Positions 51,952 to 61,590 of a stretch of 64,000 nt of DNA are shown here, piece after piece. Each line of letters begins with the position of its first letter. The stretch's first letter is position 1. A model generated the notes under the pieces. That model was not told where the DNA came from, ran no database searches, and saw nothing but the letters and a program-made list of their open reading frames with translations. The DNA lies in IMG/VR virus record IMGVR_UViG_3300008108_000036. One strand, given 5' to 3'. The translations under genes were made by a program, and so were the position numbers. Source of the DNA: a virus.

Positions 51952-52632
51952 ATGGGATTAAAGTTTTTAACCACAGATCTACACGAAGAGCTAGACTTTT
52001 TGCTTGAAGAAAAAAATCCAAACGAGCCGCAAAAATGTTTCATTACAGGCCCTTATATGATGGCTGAGAAACAAAATCAAAACGGAAGAATATATGCTCT
52101 CGATGAAATGACGAAGGAGGTAGAGAGATATACTTCAGGAATGATTAATACTAGACGAGCCATCGGAGAGATGAATCACCCTCAGTCTACCGAAGTAAAT
52201 CCTGTAAACGCTTGTCATTTAGTTGTAGAGTTAAAACAAAACGGCAATTTCTTTATGGGTAAGTCTCTAATTTTAGATACTCCAATGGGATTGTTGCTTA
52301 AAAGTTTAGTTAAAGACAAAATACAAATGGGAATTTCTACAAGAGGCTTAGGCAATCTTACCGAATCTTCTCAAGGAAAGCGTGTTTCGAACTTTCATTT
52401 AATTTGCTTGGATGTTGTTCATCAACCTTCTGTACAAAATGCAATGTTGGAGTCCATTTTAGAATCAAAAGAATGGGTAGTAGGTCCAGATGGGACTATT
52501 ATAGAGGCTTCTGCTAAGGCTTTAGAAAATTTAAAAGAAGGAATTTCATCTCTACCTAAACACGAAGCAAATGTATTCCTTAAAGAGCATTTGTTAAAAT
52601 TCATCAATTCTTTAAAGACTGCTACAAAATAA
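51952..52632 (+). CDS. Prohead protease gp21
   Basis: NQNGRIY, GEMNHP, TPMG, GISTRGLG, DVVHQPS. Confidence 0.95.
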   Translation: MGLKFLTTDLHEELDFLLEEKNPNEPQKCFITGPYMMAEKQNQNGRIYALDEMTKEVERYTSGMINTRRAIGEMNHPQSTEVNPVNACHLVVELKQNGNFFMGKSLILDTPMGLLLKSLVKDKIQMGISTRGLGNLTESSQGKRVSNFHLICLDVVHQPSVQNAMLESILESKEWVVGPDGTIIEASAKALENLKEGISSLPKHEANVFLKEHLLKFINSLKTATK

Positions 52633-52636
52633 TTAT

Positions 52637-52804
52637 ATGAAAACTATAGCTTCAATTAAAGACCCTTCAATCAAAACTGCATGCAAGCAGTTTGTTACTG
52701 ATATTGTAGATAAAAACTACAGTAATGCCAATTCAGCCCTGCAAAAAATGATAGAAATTAAACTATCAGAAAGAATCAAATCTACTCTTGCAGAAAAAAA
52801 ATAA
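52637..52804 (+). CDS. 55-aa prohead core protein, gp67-like (absent from the ORF track)
   Basis: MKTIASIKDPSIKTACKQFVTDIVDKNYSNANSALQKMIEIKLSERIKSTLAEKK*, between gp21 and gp22. Confidence 0.65.
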   Translation: MKTIASIKDPSIKTACKQFVTDIVDKNYSNANSALQKMIEIKLSERIKSTLAEKK

Positions 52805-52829
52805 CATTAAAAGATAAATAAAATACAGC

Positions 52830-53897
52830 ATGAACGTTAAAACTATTCTCGAGGAACAATTTAAGGACTTGATTTCCGAAGAGACTCTTACAACAATTGA
52901 AGAGGCTTTTCAGAATGCAGTCACTGAAAAAGTTGATGAAAAAGTAAAAGAAGAAACCAACAAATTCAATGAGAAGTTCAACGAAAAGCTTGAATTAGAA
53001 AAAGAAAATATCAAGCAAACTCTTGACGAACAATACACTGAAAAATTACAATTGGTTATCGAAAAGATCGATGCAGATCATACTGAAAAACTTCAACATG
53101 TAGTTGAAAAGATCGATGCGGATCACACAGAGAAGCTTAAAAAACTCGTAGAAGCTATCGATACAGATCATGCAGTAAAACTTCAGAAGCTCGTTAAAAA
53201 CATTGACGTTAAACATACATCAATGTTAAAACAAGTAATTGAAAAATATGAAAACGAGCTAAACAATGAAGCGACTTCTTTTCAAGAAAGAATTGTAGAA
53301 GAAGTTTCTAACTATTTAGATTTGTATTTAGACAAAAACGTTCCAACGGAGCAAATATCCGAAGCAGTATCAAACGTAAAAGCTGCAAAGCAATTAGACG
53401 AGATTCGTAAAATCGTTGGAATTAATGAGGAGTTTGTTGACAGTGAAATTAAAGAAGCTCTCACTGACGGAAAGCAAACAATTGATTCTCTTAGAGCGGA
53501 ATTGAATGAAGCTCTAAAAGAAAATACTGATTTAAATCAAAAAATCAAAAAAGCTGAAGCTCATATTTTGTTAGAGCAAAAAACAGCTGAAATGCCTTCA
53601 ACAAAAAAATCTTTTATCAACCGTTTACTCAAAAATAAAGCTCCTGAGTACATCGAAGAAAACTTTAACTATGTAGTTGAAATGTTTGACAAAGAAACAC
53701 AGAACGAAGTCGAATTGGTTCAAGAAAGTGTCAAAACAAATTTCGACAAAACAGCCTCTATCGTGGTAGATAGACCACAAATTATTGAGGAAGAAACAAA
53801 TTTTAACAATGAGATTGAACGCGCTCCTTCAGGTGAAGGCGTAAGCGGCTATCTGAACGAGATGAAAAAAATTAGTGGATCAAGATTCACGAAATAA
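52830..53897 (+). CDS. Prohead scaffold gp22
   Basis: Coiled coil, VSNYLD, position upstream of the MCP. Confidence 0.88.
   Translation: MNVKTILEEQFKDLISEETLTTIEEAFQNAVTEKVDEKVKEETNKFNEKFNEKLELEKENIKQTLDEQYTEKLQLVIEKIDADHTEKLQHVVEKIDADHTEKLKKLVEAIDTDHAVKLQKLVKNIDVKHTSMLKQVIEKYENELNNEATSFQERIVEEVSNYLDLYLDKNVPTEQISEAVSNVKAAKQLDEIRKIVGINEEFVDSEIKEALTDGKQTIDSLRAELNEALKENTDLNQKIKKAEAHILLEQKTAEMPSTKKSFINRLLKNKAPEYIEENFNYVVEMFDKETQNEVELVQESVKTNFDKTASIVVDRPQIIEEETNFNNEIERAPSGEGVSGYLNEMKKISGSRFTK
53016..53240 (+). repeat. Five 45-bp/15-aa tandem repeats in gp22
   Basis: QTLDEQYTEKLQLVI/EKIDADHTEKLQHVV/EKIDADHTEKLKKLV/EAIDTDHAVKLQKLV/KNIDVKHTSMLKQVI. Confidence 0.85.
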
Positions 53898-53931
53898 TTT
53901 CATTTTACAATAAATAAGGAGACAAAAAACT

Positions 53932-55365
53932 ATGGCTAACATCATGCACATCAATAAAGACACAGCTGAACGCCTTGTCGAAAAGTGGACACCAATTTTG
54001 GATTTCACTTCAAACAAAGTTGCTCAGATTGAAAACGAAACAACACGTTTAAACACAGCTATCCTCTTGGAAAACCAAGAAAGATGGTGCTTAAACGAAG
54101 GTAATACAGCCTCCTCCGGCGGAGTTTTTGGCACAACCAACGCAAATAGTCCTGGAGCATTTAGTGGAGACACTTATGCAAAAGGTGATGCACGTTTACC
54201 AAAAGTTCTTATCCCAATGATTCGCCGTACATTCCCAGAACTCATCACAAATGAGATCGTCGGTGTACAGCCAATGACTGGACCAGTCGGACTTGCTTTT
54301 GCAATGCGTTATAAGTATGAAGATTCCGCTCTCGGATATTCTGCTAATGGCGACGGAAACAATGGCAGCGGCTCTATTGCAGCTAATGGATCCAATGGAA
54401 AAGAAATCGGTTACAACTACCTTAACACTGCATTCACAGGTGCATCTTCAGAAGCTTTAAGCGGAAAAGATGGCGTTTGGGATAACTTTGCAGAAGATAA
54501 TGGAGTTGGAGCATTAATTTCTCAATTTGAGCTCAGCTCAAAAATTCCACAGATCACTGTTTCGTTCGAGAAAACAGCCGTTGAAGCACTAACCCGTAGG
54601 TTAGCAGCTAAATGGTCAGTTGAGCTCGAACAAGATCTTAAGAACATGAATGGTATCGATATCGATTCCGAGCTTACCAACACCATGTCATATGAAATCC
54701 AGGCTGAGATCGACCGCGAGATGATCGCTCGTATGATCCAAGTCTGCCTCAATGCTGGTGAAAACGTTGGTTATTCAACATGGTCTGCTATCTCTGCTGA
54801 CGGACGTTGGTCCGGGGAACGCGCACGCGACTTTTACAACAGAATCGTTGTAGAAGCAAACCGTGTCGCTATTCGCAACCGTCGTGGTGCCGCTAATTTC
54901 ATTATCGCCACCCCACGTATTTGCGCTATCCTCGAAACATTACCAAACTTCTCATGGCAGTCGGTTTCAGGCAATGTAAATACCGCACCAGTTGGTATTG
55001 CTAAGGTCGGTTCGATTGGTGGTCGTTTCCAAATCTATCGTGACACTCGTACAGAAGCTCAACTTAACGCAGGATACAATCCAGCAGGTAAGGGATATGC
55101 AGCTACTCGTACGAATCCAGTTGATTATGCCCTTCTTGGATACAAAGGCACAGAATACTACGACAGTGGTATCCTCTATTGCCCATACATCCCTGTAATG
55201 GTTCAACGCACGATCGGTCCAAACGACTTCTCCCCACGCGTAGGCTTGCTTACAAGATACGGTGTAGTTGATCACATCTTTGGTGCATCACTCTACTACC
55301 ACCTTGTAATTTGCAAAGGCTTGGGTCAATCATTCGTTCCTGGTCAAGCAGCAACTTATCTCTAA
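53932..55365 (+). CDS. Major capsid protein gp23
   Basis: LLENQ, IRRTFP, GVQPMTGPVGL.FAMR, ELEQDL, EIDRE, YCPYIP, TRYG; SD AAGGAG. Confidence 0.97.
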   Translation: MANIMHINKDTAERLVEKWTPILDFTSNKVAQIENETTRLNTAILLENQERWCLNEGNTASSGGVFGTTNANSPGAFSGDTYAKGDARLPKVLIPMIRRTFPELITNEIVGVQPMTGPVGLAFAMRYKYEDSALGYSANGDGNNGSGSIAANGSNGKEIGYNYLNTAFTGASSEALSGKDGVWDNFAEDNGVGALISQFELSSKIPQITVSFEKTAVEALTRRLAAKWSVELEQDLKNMNGIDIDSELTNTMSYEIQAEIDREMIARMIQVCLNAGENVGYSTWSAISADGRWSGERARDFYNRIVVEANRVAIRNRRGAANFIIATPRICAILETLPNFSWQSVSGNVNTAPVGIAKVGSIGGRFQIYRDTRTEAQLNAGYNPAGKGYAATRTNPVDYALLGYKGTEYYDSGILYCPYIPVMVQRTIGPNDFSPRVGLLTRYGVVDHIFGASLYYHLVICKGLGQSFVPGQAATYL

Positions 55366-55395
55366 TAGAGACAAAGCTGTAAACAGCGTACTTTT

Positions 55396-55432
55396 AGAAA
55401 CCCTGTTCGAAAGAACAGGGTTTCTTTTTTTT
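55396..55432 (+). terminator. Rho-independent terminator after the MCP
   Basis: AGAAACCCTGTTC-GAAA-GAACAGGGTTTCT plus T-run. Confidence 0.9.
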
Positions 55433-55456
55433 ATCTATGACGTATAATTAAAATAT

Positions 55457-55609
55457 ATGAGCAAAAATCAAGCAGGCAAAGGAGATAAACCTCGTCCAGT
55501 TAATAAACAAACGTTTAATAACAACTTTGATGAAATTTCCTGGGTAGATAAAAAAAATACTCCAAAGGAAATAAAAAGCAAAAAAGGAAAAACTAGCTAC
55601 AAGTATTAA
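55457..55609 (+). CDS. 50-aa small phage protein (absent from the ORF track)
   Basis: MSKNQAGKGDKPRPVNKQTFNNNFDEISW... Confidence 0.6.
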   Translation: MSKNQAGKGDKPRPVNKQTFNNNFDEISWVDKKNTPKEIKSKKGKTSYKY

Positions 55610-55973
55610 TAGGAAGCAACTGCATTTCTAATATCTTATCGAAATAGCTTGATGATATTTTTTTAGCAGGTTTGGGAATAACAGAAGTGCCAAGAGAGCA
55701 TAAACGATAATCAAAATACATTAATCCTTCACTTTCATACACTTCTGTTCGAAATGGAAACGGAATTTCAAAATTTTCTCTTGGGTTTTTATCTGTTGCT
55801 AGTGAAATTTGAATATAATAATGAGCCTTGCAAAACAACAGTAGCCTGCCCTGCTTAATTGTTCTGTTATTTACTGTAAATTTTACTGGTTGCTGTAAAC
55901 ATTTTATCAAAAATGCCTCACCTGGAATTTCACAAGTAATAAAATCTTGTATATTATATTCGTCTTTATTCAT
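55593..55973 (-). CDS. Hypothetical protein
   Basis: 126 aa, ATGA-coupled. Confidence 0.65.
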   Translation of the reverse strand: MNKDEYNIQDFITCEIPGEAFLIKCLQQPVKFTVNNRTIKQGRLLLFCKAHYYIQISLATDKNPRENFEIPFPFRTEVYESEGLMYFDYRLCSLGTSVIPKPAKKISSSYFDKILEMQLLPINTCS

Positions 55974-56356
55974 GTGTTCATAAACCTAGCCTTGTGATCT
56001 GCTGACATCGTATTTAAGCATTCATAAAAATACTTCCAAAAACTAGCAGGATCAGGAGACGTTTTAATTGTTGCAATTAAATCCACATCATCACAATTTA
56101 TCATTCTCCAATTTTGCATGAAAATATCCCATGCTACTAATAAATTTTTTGAAGCAGGACTATATTTTAAATGATTATTAGGACGAATGAATTTCAAAAT
56201 ACGTTTTCCGGGAGTAGATAACAGTAAACGCTTATCTAATGTACACAACATTCTTCTATACTCATTAAACCCTTCTTTGCTCTTGCGACGACGGAAACGT
56301 AGTTCTGCAGCATTCGTTCCCAATAATAACATTAAAGATGTTCGGCCTATTCTCAT
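55970..56356 (-). CDS. SH3/WYL_2-like conserved phage protein (tentative)
   Basis: ELRFRRR..RRMLCTL..VAWDI...WRMI. Confidence 0.55.
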   Translation of the reverse strand: MRIGRTSLMLLLGTNAAELRFRRRKSKEGFNEYRRMLCTLDKRLLLSTPGKRILKFIRPNNHLKYSPASKNLLVAWDIFMQNWRMINCDDVDLIATIKTSPDPASFWKYFYECLNTMSADHKARFMNT

Positions 56357-56730
56357 TTAGAATTTGAACAAATACCGAAAATTCTCTCTTCATTTAAAAA
56401 GATAACAGTCTTTCCACCTTTTTGTATACCTATAATTCCTTTATCCCCAGGAAAAATAACATGATGTCCCGCTTTAACTTGTTTAGCATTTGGGCCGACA
56501 AGAAGGACTTTACCCACTCTCCATGCCTTTTTATCTACTACTTCATTAGGCAAAATGATGCCATTTCTGATTAAAGACTTTCCGTCTGTTGCAACGTCTG
56601 CATATTCTGCCATAATAACATCTCCAAGAAGTTCTGTAACCTCAAAATCTTCTGGTAGAGGGCAGTCTTGGTAGGGATCTAAATCAGCAATTCCGTTATT
56701 TTCTCGTGGTAGTACTGGTAATGAGCTCAT
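56353..56730 (-). CDS. Divergent phage-type GroES-like co-chaperonin
   Basis: DVIMAE, NGIILP, GKVLLVGPNAKQVKAG..VIFP, LNEERIFG. Confidence 0.8.
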   Translation of the reverse strand: MSSLPVLPRENNGIADLDPYQDCPLPEDFEVTELLGDVIMAEYADVATDGKSLIRNGIILPNEVVDKKAWRVGKVLLVGPNAKQVKAGHHVIFPGDKGIIGIQKGGKTVIFLNEERIFGICSNSK

Positions 56731-56812
56731 ATTTAGTAATTAAAACCTTTTTGTATCAAGTCAACATTTTTCCCTACCATTTGCGTTTATAAAAGATAAA
56801 TAATACCATATT

Positions 56813-58090
56813 ATGTCCATTGAGCCGTTTTTTACGTTTTTTCAGTCTTCTTCTAATAAACGACAGAAATTAAATGAAGGGGGAAATGTTAAGATTGAAA
56901 CAAAATCTGGAGAAAGTGTTTTAGCAGACAGAATAGATTTAACTGTTGTATCTCGCATGGAATTAAGCAAAAAGCTATTATCATTTTTTCATAAATTAAA
57001 TGAAGTGTTTGAGCAAAAATTCAATATCAAGATTTGGACGAACCCTTCCATATTAGATAATGGACAGGCTTTTAATGGTTCTTCTGAACATTTTTTTAAT
57101 GCAGCAATTTCAGATAAAGAATTTAAACAATATAAAACAAAAGTAGGGGACATAGATATAACAGTTCCTGAAGACAGAAAGGAAATGCTACATCAATTGC
57201 TTCAGGAGTTAGAAGGTAAAAAATTAACAAGTTCGGCTAGATTCGTTGGTTCCAAACAAGACACTGTCGGTGAAGGACATCAGATTAATAGTTTAGTGAA
57301 CATAGATAATAAATTGAATGTTCAAATAGATTTCGAATTTTCAAGCTATGATGAAGAAGTTCCTAGCAAATTTGCAAAATTCAGTCACAGTTCAGACTGG
57401 GAAGACATTAAAGCAGGGTTTAAAGGAGTTTTACACAAATATTTATTACAATCAATTGCAAGTATTTCCGAAGTTAAAACAGAAGATCAAGCAGTGTTAC
57501 TCACTCCAGCTTCTTCTGCAAATAATATAAAAATAACTAAAACTTTTCCGGACCGAGGCTTAACTTTTAAAAAATTTTCCGTAGGAAGAGGTTTGAGAAC
57601 AGATGCTTATTCTACAGTACTAAAAGACGATGGAACTCCACTGCAAGTAGATGGACGAACAGCATATAAAGTTAAGCCTCCAACAGAATCTACATATATA
57701 CAAGATCCTGAACAAATAGCAAAAACAATTTTTGGACCTAAGTTTACGCGAGAAGAGTTGCCTAAACTCAATTCTTTTGTAGGAATTATAGATTTATGCA
57801 ATCAGTACTTTGATGAAAAAGATAAGAAAAGATTACTAAAAGATTTTAGTAGAAGATTATTTGGACAAGGCTCCCAAGGATTAGAAAGAGATAATCCCAA
57901 AGGGGATTTTGATATTAAGCGAGCAGGATATGAAAAACTTAAACAAGACCTTAAACTATCTGAGTTTTCTAATTTACCTGAAACGTACGAAATTTTAATG
58001 CAAGAGGATGATGCCAAGTTGACTCCTTTTCAAATTAGTGTTAAAAATTACTACAAGCAATACGGAACAAGAAGTAGAACTTCAAAATGA
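56813..58090 (+). CDS. Pol-beta-superfamily nucleotidyltransferase-like head protein
   Basis: NGSS...GDIDI...QIDFE; leader ending LNE-GGN; TAAATA at 56797-56802. Confidence 0.7.
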   Translation: MSIEPFFTFFQSSSNKRQKLNEGGNVKIETKSGESVLADRIDLTVVSRMELSKKLLSFFHKLNEVFEQKFNIKIWTNPSILDNGQAFNGSSEHFFNAAISDKEFKQYKTKVGDIDITVPEDRKEMLHQLLQELEGKKLTSSARFVGSKQDTVGEGHQINSLVNIDNKLNVQIDFEFSSYDEEVPSKFAKFSHSSDWEDIKAGFKGVLHKYLLQSIASISEVKTEDQAVLLTPASSANNIKITKTFPDRGLTFKKFSVGRGLRTDAYSTVLKDDGTPLQVDGRTAYKVKPPTESTYIQDPEQIAKTIFGPKFTREELPKLNSFVGIIDLCNQYFDEKDKKRLLKDFSRRLFGQGSQGLERDNPKGDFDIKRAGYEKLKQDLKLSEFSNLPETYEILMQEDDAKLTPFQISVKNYYKQYGTRSRTSK

Positions 58091-60054
58091 AACAATTTTT
58101 TTTAGTTATAGGAGGTCCAGGATCTGGTAAAAATTTTTACGTAAATCACTTTATACCTCGACCCACTACAATAGTTGACATTGACGAAATTAAATCCCAA
58201 ATCGGAACTACAGAAGCAATATCAAATTTAAAAGAAATCTTAACAAATAAATTTAAAGAAGGCATAGAAACAATTGCCCATCCATCTTTAGGAGCTAAAG
58301 CAGTAGTCAATGTAAATAAACTAAAATTAGCTAAAATGTTTGGTTACAAAACAATTGTAGTTTTTGTAGAAAACAATTTAAAACAAGCAATTAAGAATAT
58401 TAATATGAGAGTTGCTAACGGAGGACATAAAGTCCCAATCGAAAAGGTCAAACAATCTTACAAAGAAATCGACAATGCTTTTAAAGAAACTAAATCGTTA
58501 GGATCAGATGTTATAGATGAATTTATTTTATATAAATCTAATTCCAATGTAAGTGAGTCATTTTCGAGCTTTTTTGTTAAGCAAACCAAACGTTTGATTA
58601 AAGAATCTGAAATGCTCGATATTTCTATTCTTAATATAGATAAAGCAAAGAAACAAATAGTAGGCTTGCTAGATATTCCTGTAATAGTTACAGAAAAAAC
58701 AGATGGAGTTAAAATTACAATAGTAAGAAATAATAACGACAAGTCTGATAACTGGAAAGACAATTGGATTGTATCTTATAAAGGAAATGTAATACATACA
58801 GAAGATTTCTCAGGGGTAGATCCAGAAACAGAAAAGCAATCGTTGTCTTCTTCTATTGGTGTCACACAGTTTAAAAAAATTTTTAATATTTTAGAACAAG
58901 CAAATTTAAAAAAAAGCATAAAAGAAATTCCTAAAAATACAGAGTTGTTTTTTGAATTCTTAATGAGAAAGCCAACCTTGACAAGACAATATAAAAAATA
59001 CCATGAGCTTATATTGCTTGCATCTTCTCCTACAAGTTATAAAGAAGAATTTGGAAGATTAACAACATCTTCTAATGAATTTAACACAGCAGATAGAGAT
59101 CGTTTTGCAAAAATTTTAAACGTACAAGTCCCGACAATTTTATTTAAAGGAACTTTGCGAAAATTGGTTGATTCCGAAAATCCAGATGAAATTATAAGGC
59201 AACTTAAAGACAAATTTTTAAACGTAGAATCATCTTTCGGAGGAACGATGGAAGGAGTTGTATTAGAGTTTGATAACGGTCAATTTTTAAAAATATTACA
59301 AGCGGATCAACATGATAAACAAATTCGCTCACAGATTAAAATAAGCCACGGGCCAAACAATCCAGAAAAATACTATCAAGATATTAGAAAAATCGCTGAG
59401 CTTGCATTGAAAGACATAAGTCCGATTAGAGATATTAAGAAATCTTTAGCGGAATTATCGCATTGGGTTTTTTCAGATACTAGTGCAACATTGTTTAAAG
59501 ATTTGGACCCTAATAAAACCGCTTTAAACGCAAAAGACGATGTGTTTTTAACAGCTAAAATGTTACTACTAAGAAAGCTTCCAGGTAATAACAATGCTTT
59601 ATTTTTAGGAAGGTTTAGTCCTCTGACAATTGCTCACTATCAAATAATAAAAGATGCAATTAAAAAATACGATCATGTTTGTGTTAATATTGTTAAGGCA
59701 AAACAAGATAGCCGCAATCCATTTCCACTAGAATTGCAAGAAGAAATGTTGACTAAATGTTTTGGTAACTCAATTGAAATTACTATTTCAGAAACAGGCA
59801 ATCTCGTTAGAATTTTGCAAAAACCTTCTAAAGTTATTAGTGTAGTATTGGCTGGATCTGACAGATTTGAGGATTACGCCAATCAATTGAAAATAAATGC
59901 TCCGGATGTTAAAGTGGTCGAAATACCAAGAGTAGACGAAGTTTCTGGAACATCCGTCAGAAAAGCTTTAACTGAAAACGATTTTAACAAATTTAAATTA
60001 AACACTCCTTCAGAAATTTGGGATATGTTTAACGAATTACGCAAGTTCGTTTAA
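58087..60054 (+). CDS. Tri-domain protein: zeta/AAA_33-like kinase, ATP-dependent ligase-like domain, cytidylyltransferase-like domain
   Basis: GGPGSGK...GGHKVP; TEKTDG, FFEF, EGVVL, LKI; GRFSPLTIAH, NPF, GSDR, SGTSVR. Confidence 0.75.
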   Translation: MKQFFLVIGGPGSGKNFYVNHFIPRPTTIVDIDEIKSQIGTTEAISNLKEILTNKFKEGIETIAHPSLGAKAVVNVNKLKLAKMFGYKTIVVFVENNLKQAIKNINMRVANGGHKVPIEKVKQSYKEIDNAFKETKSLGSDVIDEFILYKSNSNVSESFSSFFVKQTKRLIKESEMLDISILNIDKAKKQIVGLLDIPVIVTEKTDGVKITIVRNNNDKSDNWKDNWIVSYKGNVIHTEDFSGVDPETEKQSLSSSIGVTQFKKIFNILEQANLKKSIKEIPKNTELFFEFLMRKPTLTRQYKKYHELILLASSPTSYKEEFGRLTTSSNEFNTADRDRFAKILNVQVPTILFKGTLRKLVDSENPDEIIRQLKDKFLNVESSFGGTMEGVVLEFDNGQFLKILQADQHDKQIRSQIKISHGPNNPEKYYQDIRKIAELALKDISPIRDIKKSLAELSHWVFSDTSATLFKDLDPNKTALNAKDDVFLTAKMLLLRKLPGNNNALFLGRFSPLTIAHYQIIKDAIKKYDHVCVNIVKAKQDSRNPFPLELQEEMLTKCFGNSIEITISETGNLVRILQKPSKVISVVLAGSDRFEDYANQLKINAPDVKVVEIPRVDEVSGTSVRKALTENDFNKFKLNTPSEIWDMFNELRKFV

Positions 60055-60405
60055 GCTATTTTGCAGCTCTATAATTTCTCGTTTAGACAACTCCAAATTA
60101 GAAGACATCACATCAAGTTTCGTTAGATTAATATCTTCTTCTGGTTTTTCTTTTTGTTCTTTAATCTTTTTGAAATATATTATTTTTGGAATAGAAGCTG
60201 TTTTCGGAAACAAAGCCAACATTGTTTTGTAATGGAGCTCTTTATTCTCTAATAATACTTTACTATTAAAATGGTTTAAAGTTTCTGCAACTGTAGGATT
60301 AATAAAGCTTAACCACCGACTAGTTAAAAACGGTACATATTCGTCTAATAATAAATCTCCTTTTTTATCTACTAAAATATCTTTTAAATAATCAAAAATT
60401 GTCAC
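60037..60405 (-). CDS. Clamp loader small subunit gp62-like
   Basis: IFDYLKDI...YVPFLTSRWLS...YFKK...ELSKRE pattern. Confidence 0.65.
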   Translation of the reverse strand: MTIFDYLKDILVDKKGDLLLDEYVPFLTSRWLSFINPTVAETLNHFNSKVLLENKELHYKTMLALFPKTASIPKIIYFKKIKEQKEKPEEDINLTKLDVMSSNLELSKREIIELQNSLNELA

Positions 60406-60928
60406 GTTGGGATTCTAAAAATATACTTTTAGTTAGATAATGAAATGCTCCAATTGCTTTTTCTTGAAATTGTTTTAGTTTATCTTCTTCTAGCGAAATT
60501 GAATATAGCAAGTCAGAATTGTGAGGACAAAGAGAAAATATGTTATGAAATAAAGTTGAATTTTTTACATGGTTAGCAACCGATATGGAGCTTTGACGTT
60601 TTTCTATAAAGACTATACTTTCATCTACATAACAACTTTTACCAACAAGCTCGCATAGAATAGAGCCAATTTGAGCTGTAAACAATCTTTGAAAACATAC
60701 TCCTCCGAACATAGCAACGTTAGGAAGATCAGCAGCAAATACTAATACTTTCGAAAGCGTTTTTTCTCCAACAATTAGAGGAGCAACAAACGACAAAATA
60801 TTACCATAAGGTGATGCGTCATTACCTAAAAACAAATGAGACCAACGTCTTTTAGTCAGAACCCAGTCATATACTTCATGTTCATTCAACAACACTTTAG
60901 ATTCTTCAATACTTAATATCATACGCAA
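60392..60928 (-). CDS. DUF366-like (BPL/LplA-fold) protein, tentative
   Basis: GNILSFVAP, FQRLF, SISVA pattern recalled from DUF366. Confidence 0.45.
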   Translation of the reverse strand: MRMILSIEESKVLLNEHEVYDWVLTKRRWSHLFLGNDASPYGNILSFVAPLIVGEKTLSKVLVFAADLPNVAMFGGVCFQRLFTAQIGSILCELVGKSCYVDESIVFIEKRQSSISVANHVKNSTLFHNIFSLCPHNSDLLYSISLEEDKLKQFQEKAIGAFHYLTKSIFLESQRDNF

Positions 60929-61590
60929 AACATTTGTTTAAATTTAACATTAGCTACTTTCCAGCTAGTTGCTAACATCGAATCACCCAATCCATAATGC
61001 ACAGCTCGTATTGGAAGAACACCACACGTAACTTTTTTCTCATTTGCACTTAAACAAAAACAAATATCGTAAAAATGAAATCCAAAAGCTTCATTAAAAT
61101 ACAATTCGTGTTCAACCATTTCTGTCACTTTGCATGAGATAAATAATCCATCTATTATTAGAGCTCTCGAATCCGTTGGTCCAAACTTTGTTGTAAATGT
61201 TTTTCCGTCACAGATATGAGCAACTTCTCCAACAAAATCTTCCGGTTTACTGGCTAAATGCCACGCTAAATGCTCTGCATTTTTATCAAAACTTTTCGTT
61301 CCTGCAAGTCCAGTAATAGAATAAGGACTACTCATTAATTTTTCATACAAAAACAAATCCTCTAAAATCACATCATCATGAACAAACAACACAGTCCAAT
61401 CAAGATATAAAGGATTGTTTAAAATTTTGTTATAGCACTCAGACAATCCTAATTCATTATTTTTAAATACGTGACTTGTAATATTTGTGTTATTGTCGAG
61501 TTGTTTTTTTAAGCTCGAATATATGGGTCTGCGTTCAAACTCGCTATCGGTTTTAGCTTTAGTGCATACTACTATTAGTAATTGATTCAT
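60919..61590 (-). CDS. GT-A glycosyltransferase-like protein
   Basis: GLSECYN, FVHDDV, GLAG, IDGLF, FHFYD. Confidence 0.8.
   Translation of the reverse strand: MNQLLIVVCTKAKTDSEFERRPIYSSLKKQLDNNTNITSHVFKNNELGLSECYNKILNNPLYLDWTVLFVHDDVILEDLFLYEKLMSSPYSITGLAGTKSFDKNAEHLAWHLASKPEDFVGEVAHICDGKTFTTKFGPTDSRALIIDGLFISCKVTEMVEHELYFNEAFGFHFYDICFCLSANEKKVTCGVLPIRAVHYGLGDSMLATSWKVANVKFKQMFCV

Noticed and set aside
50835-53240. CRISPR array
   Set aside because: Repeats are in-frame coding repeats without unique spacers; no cas genes
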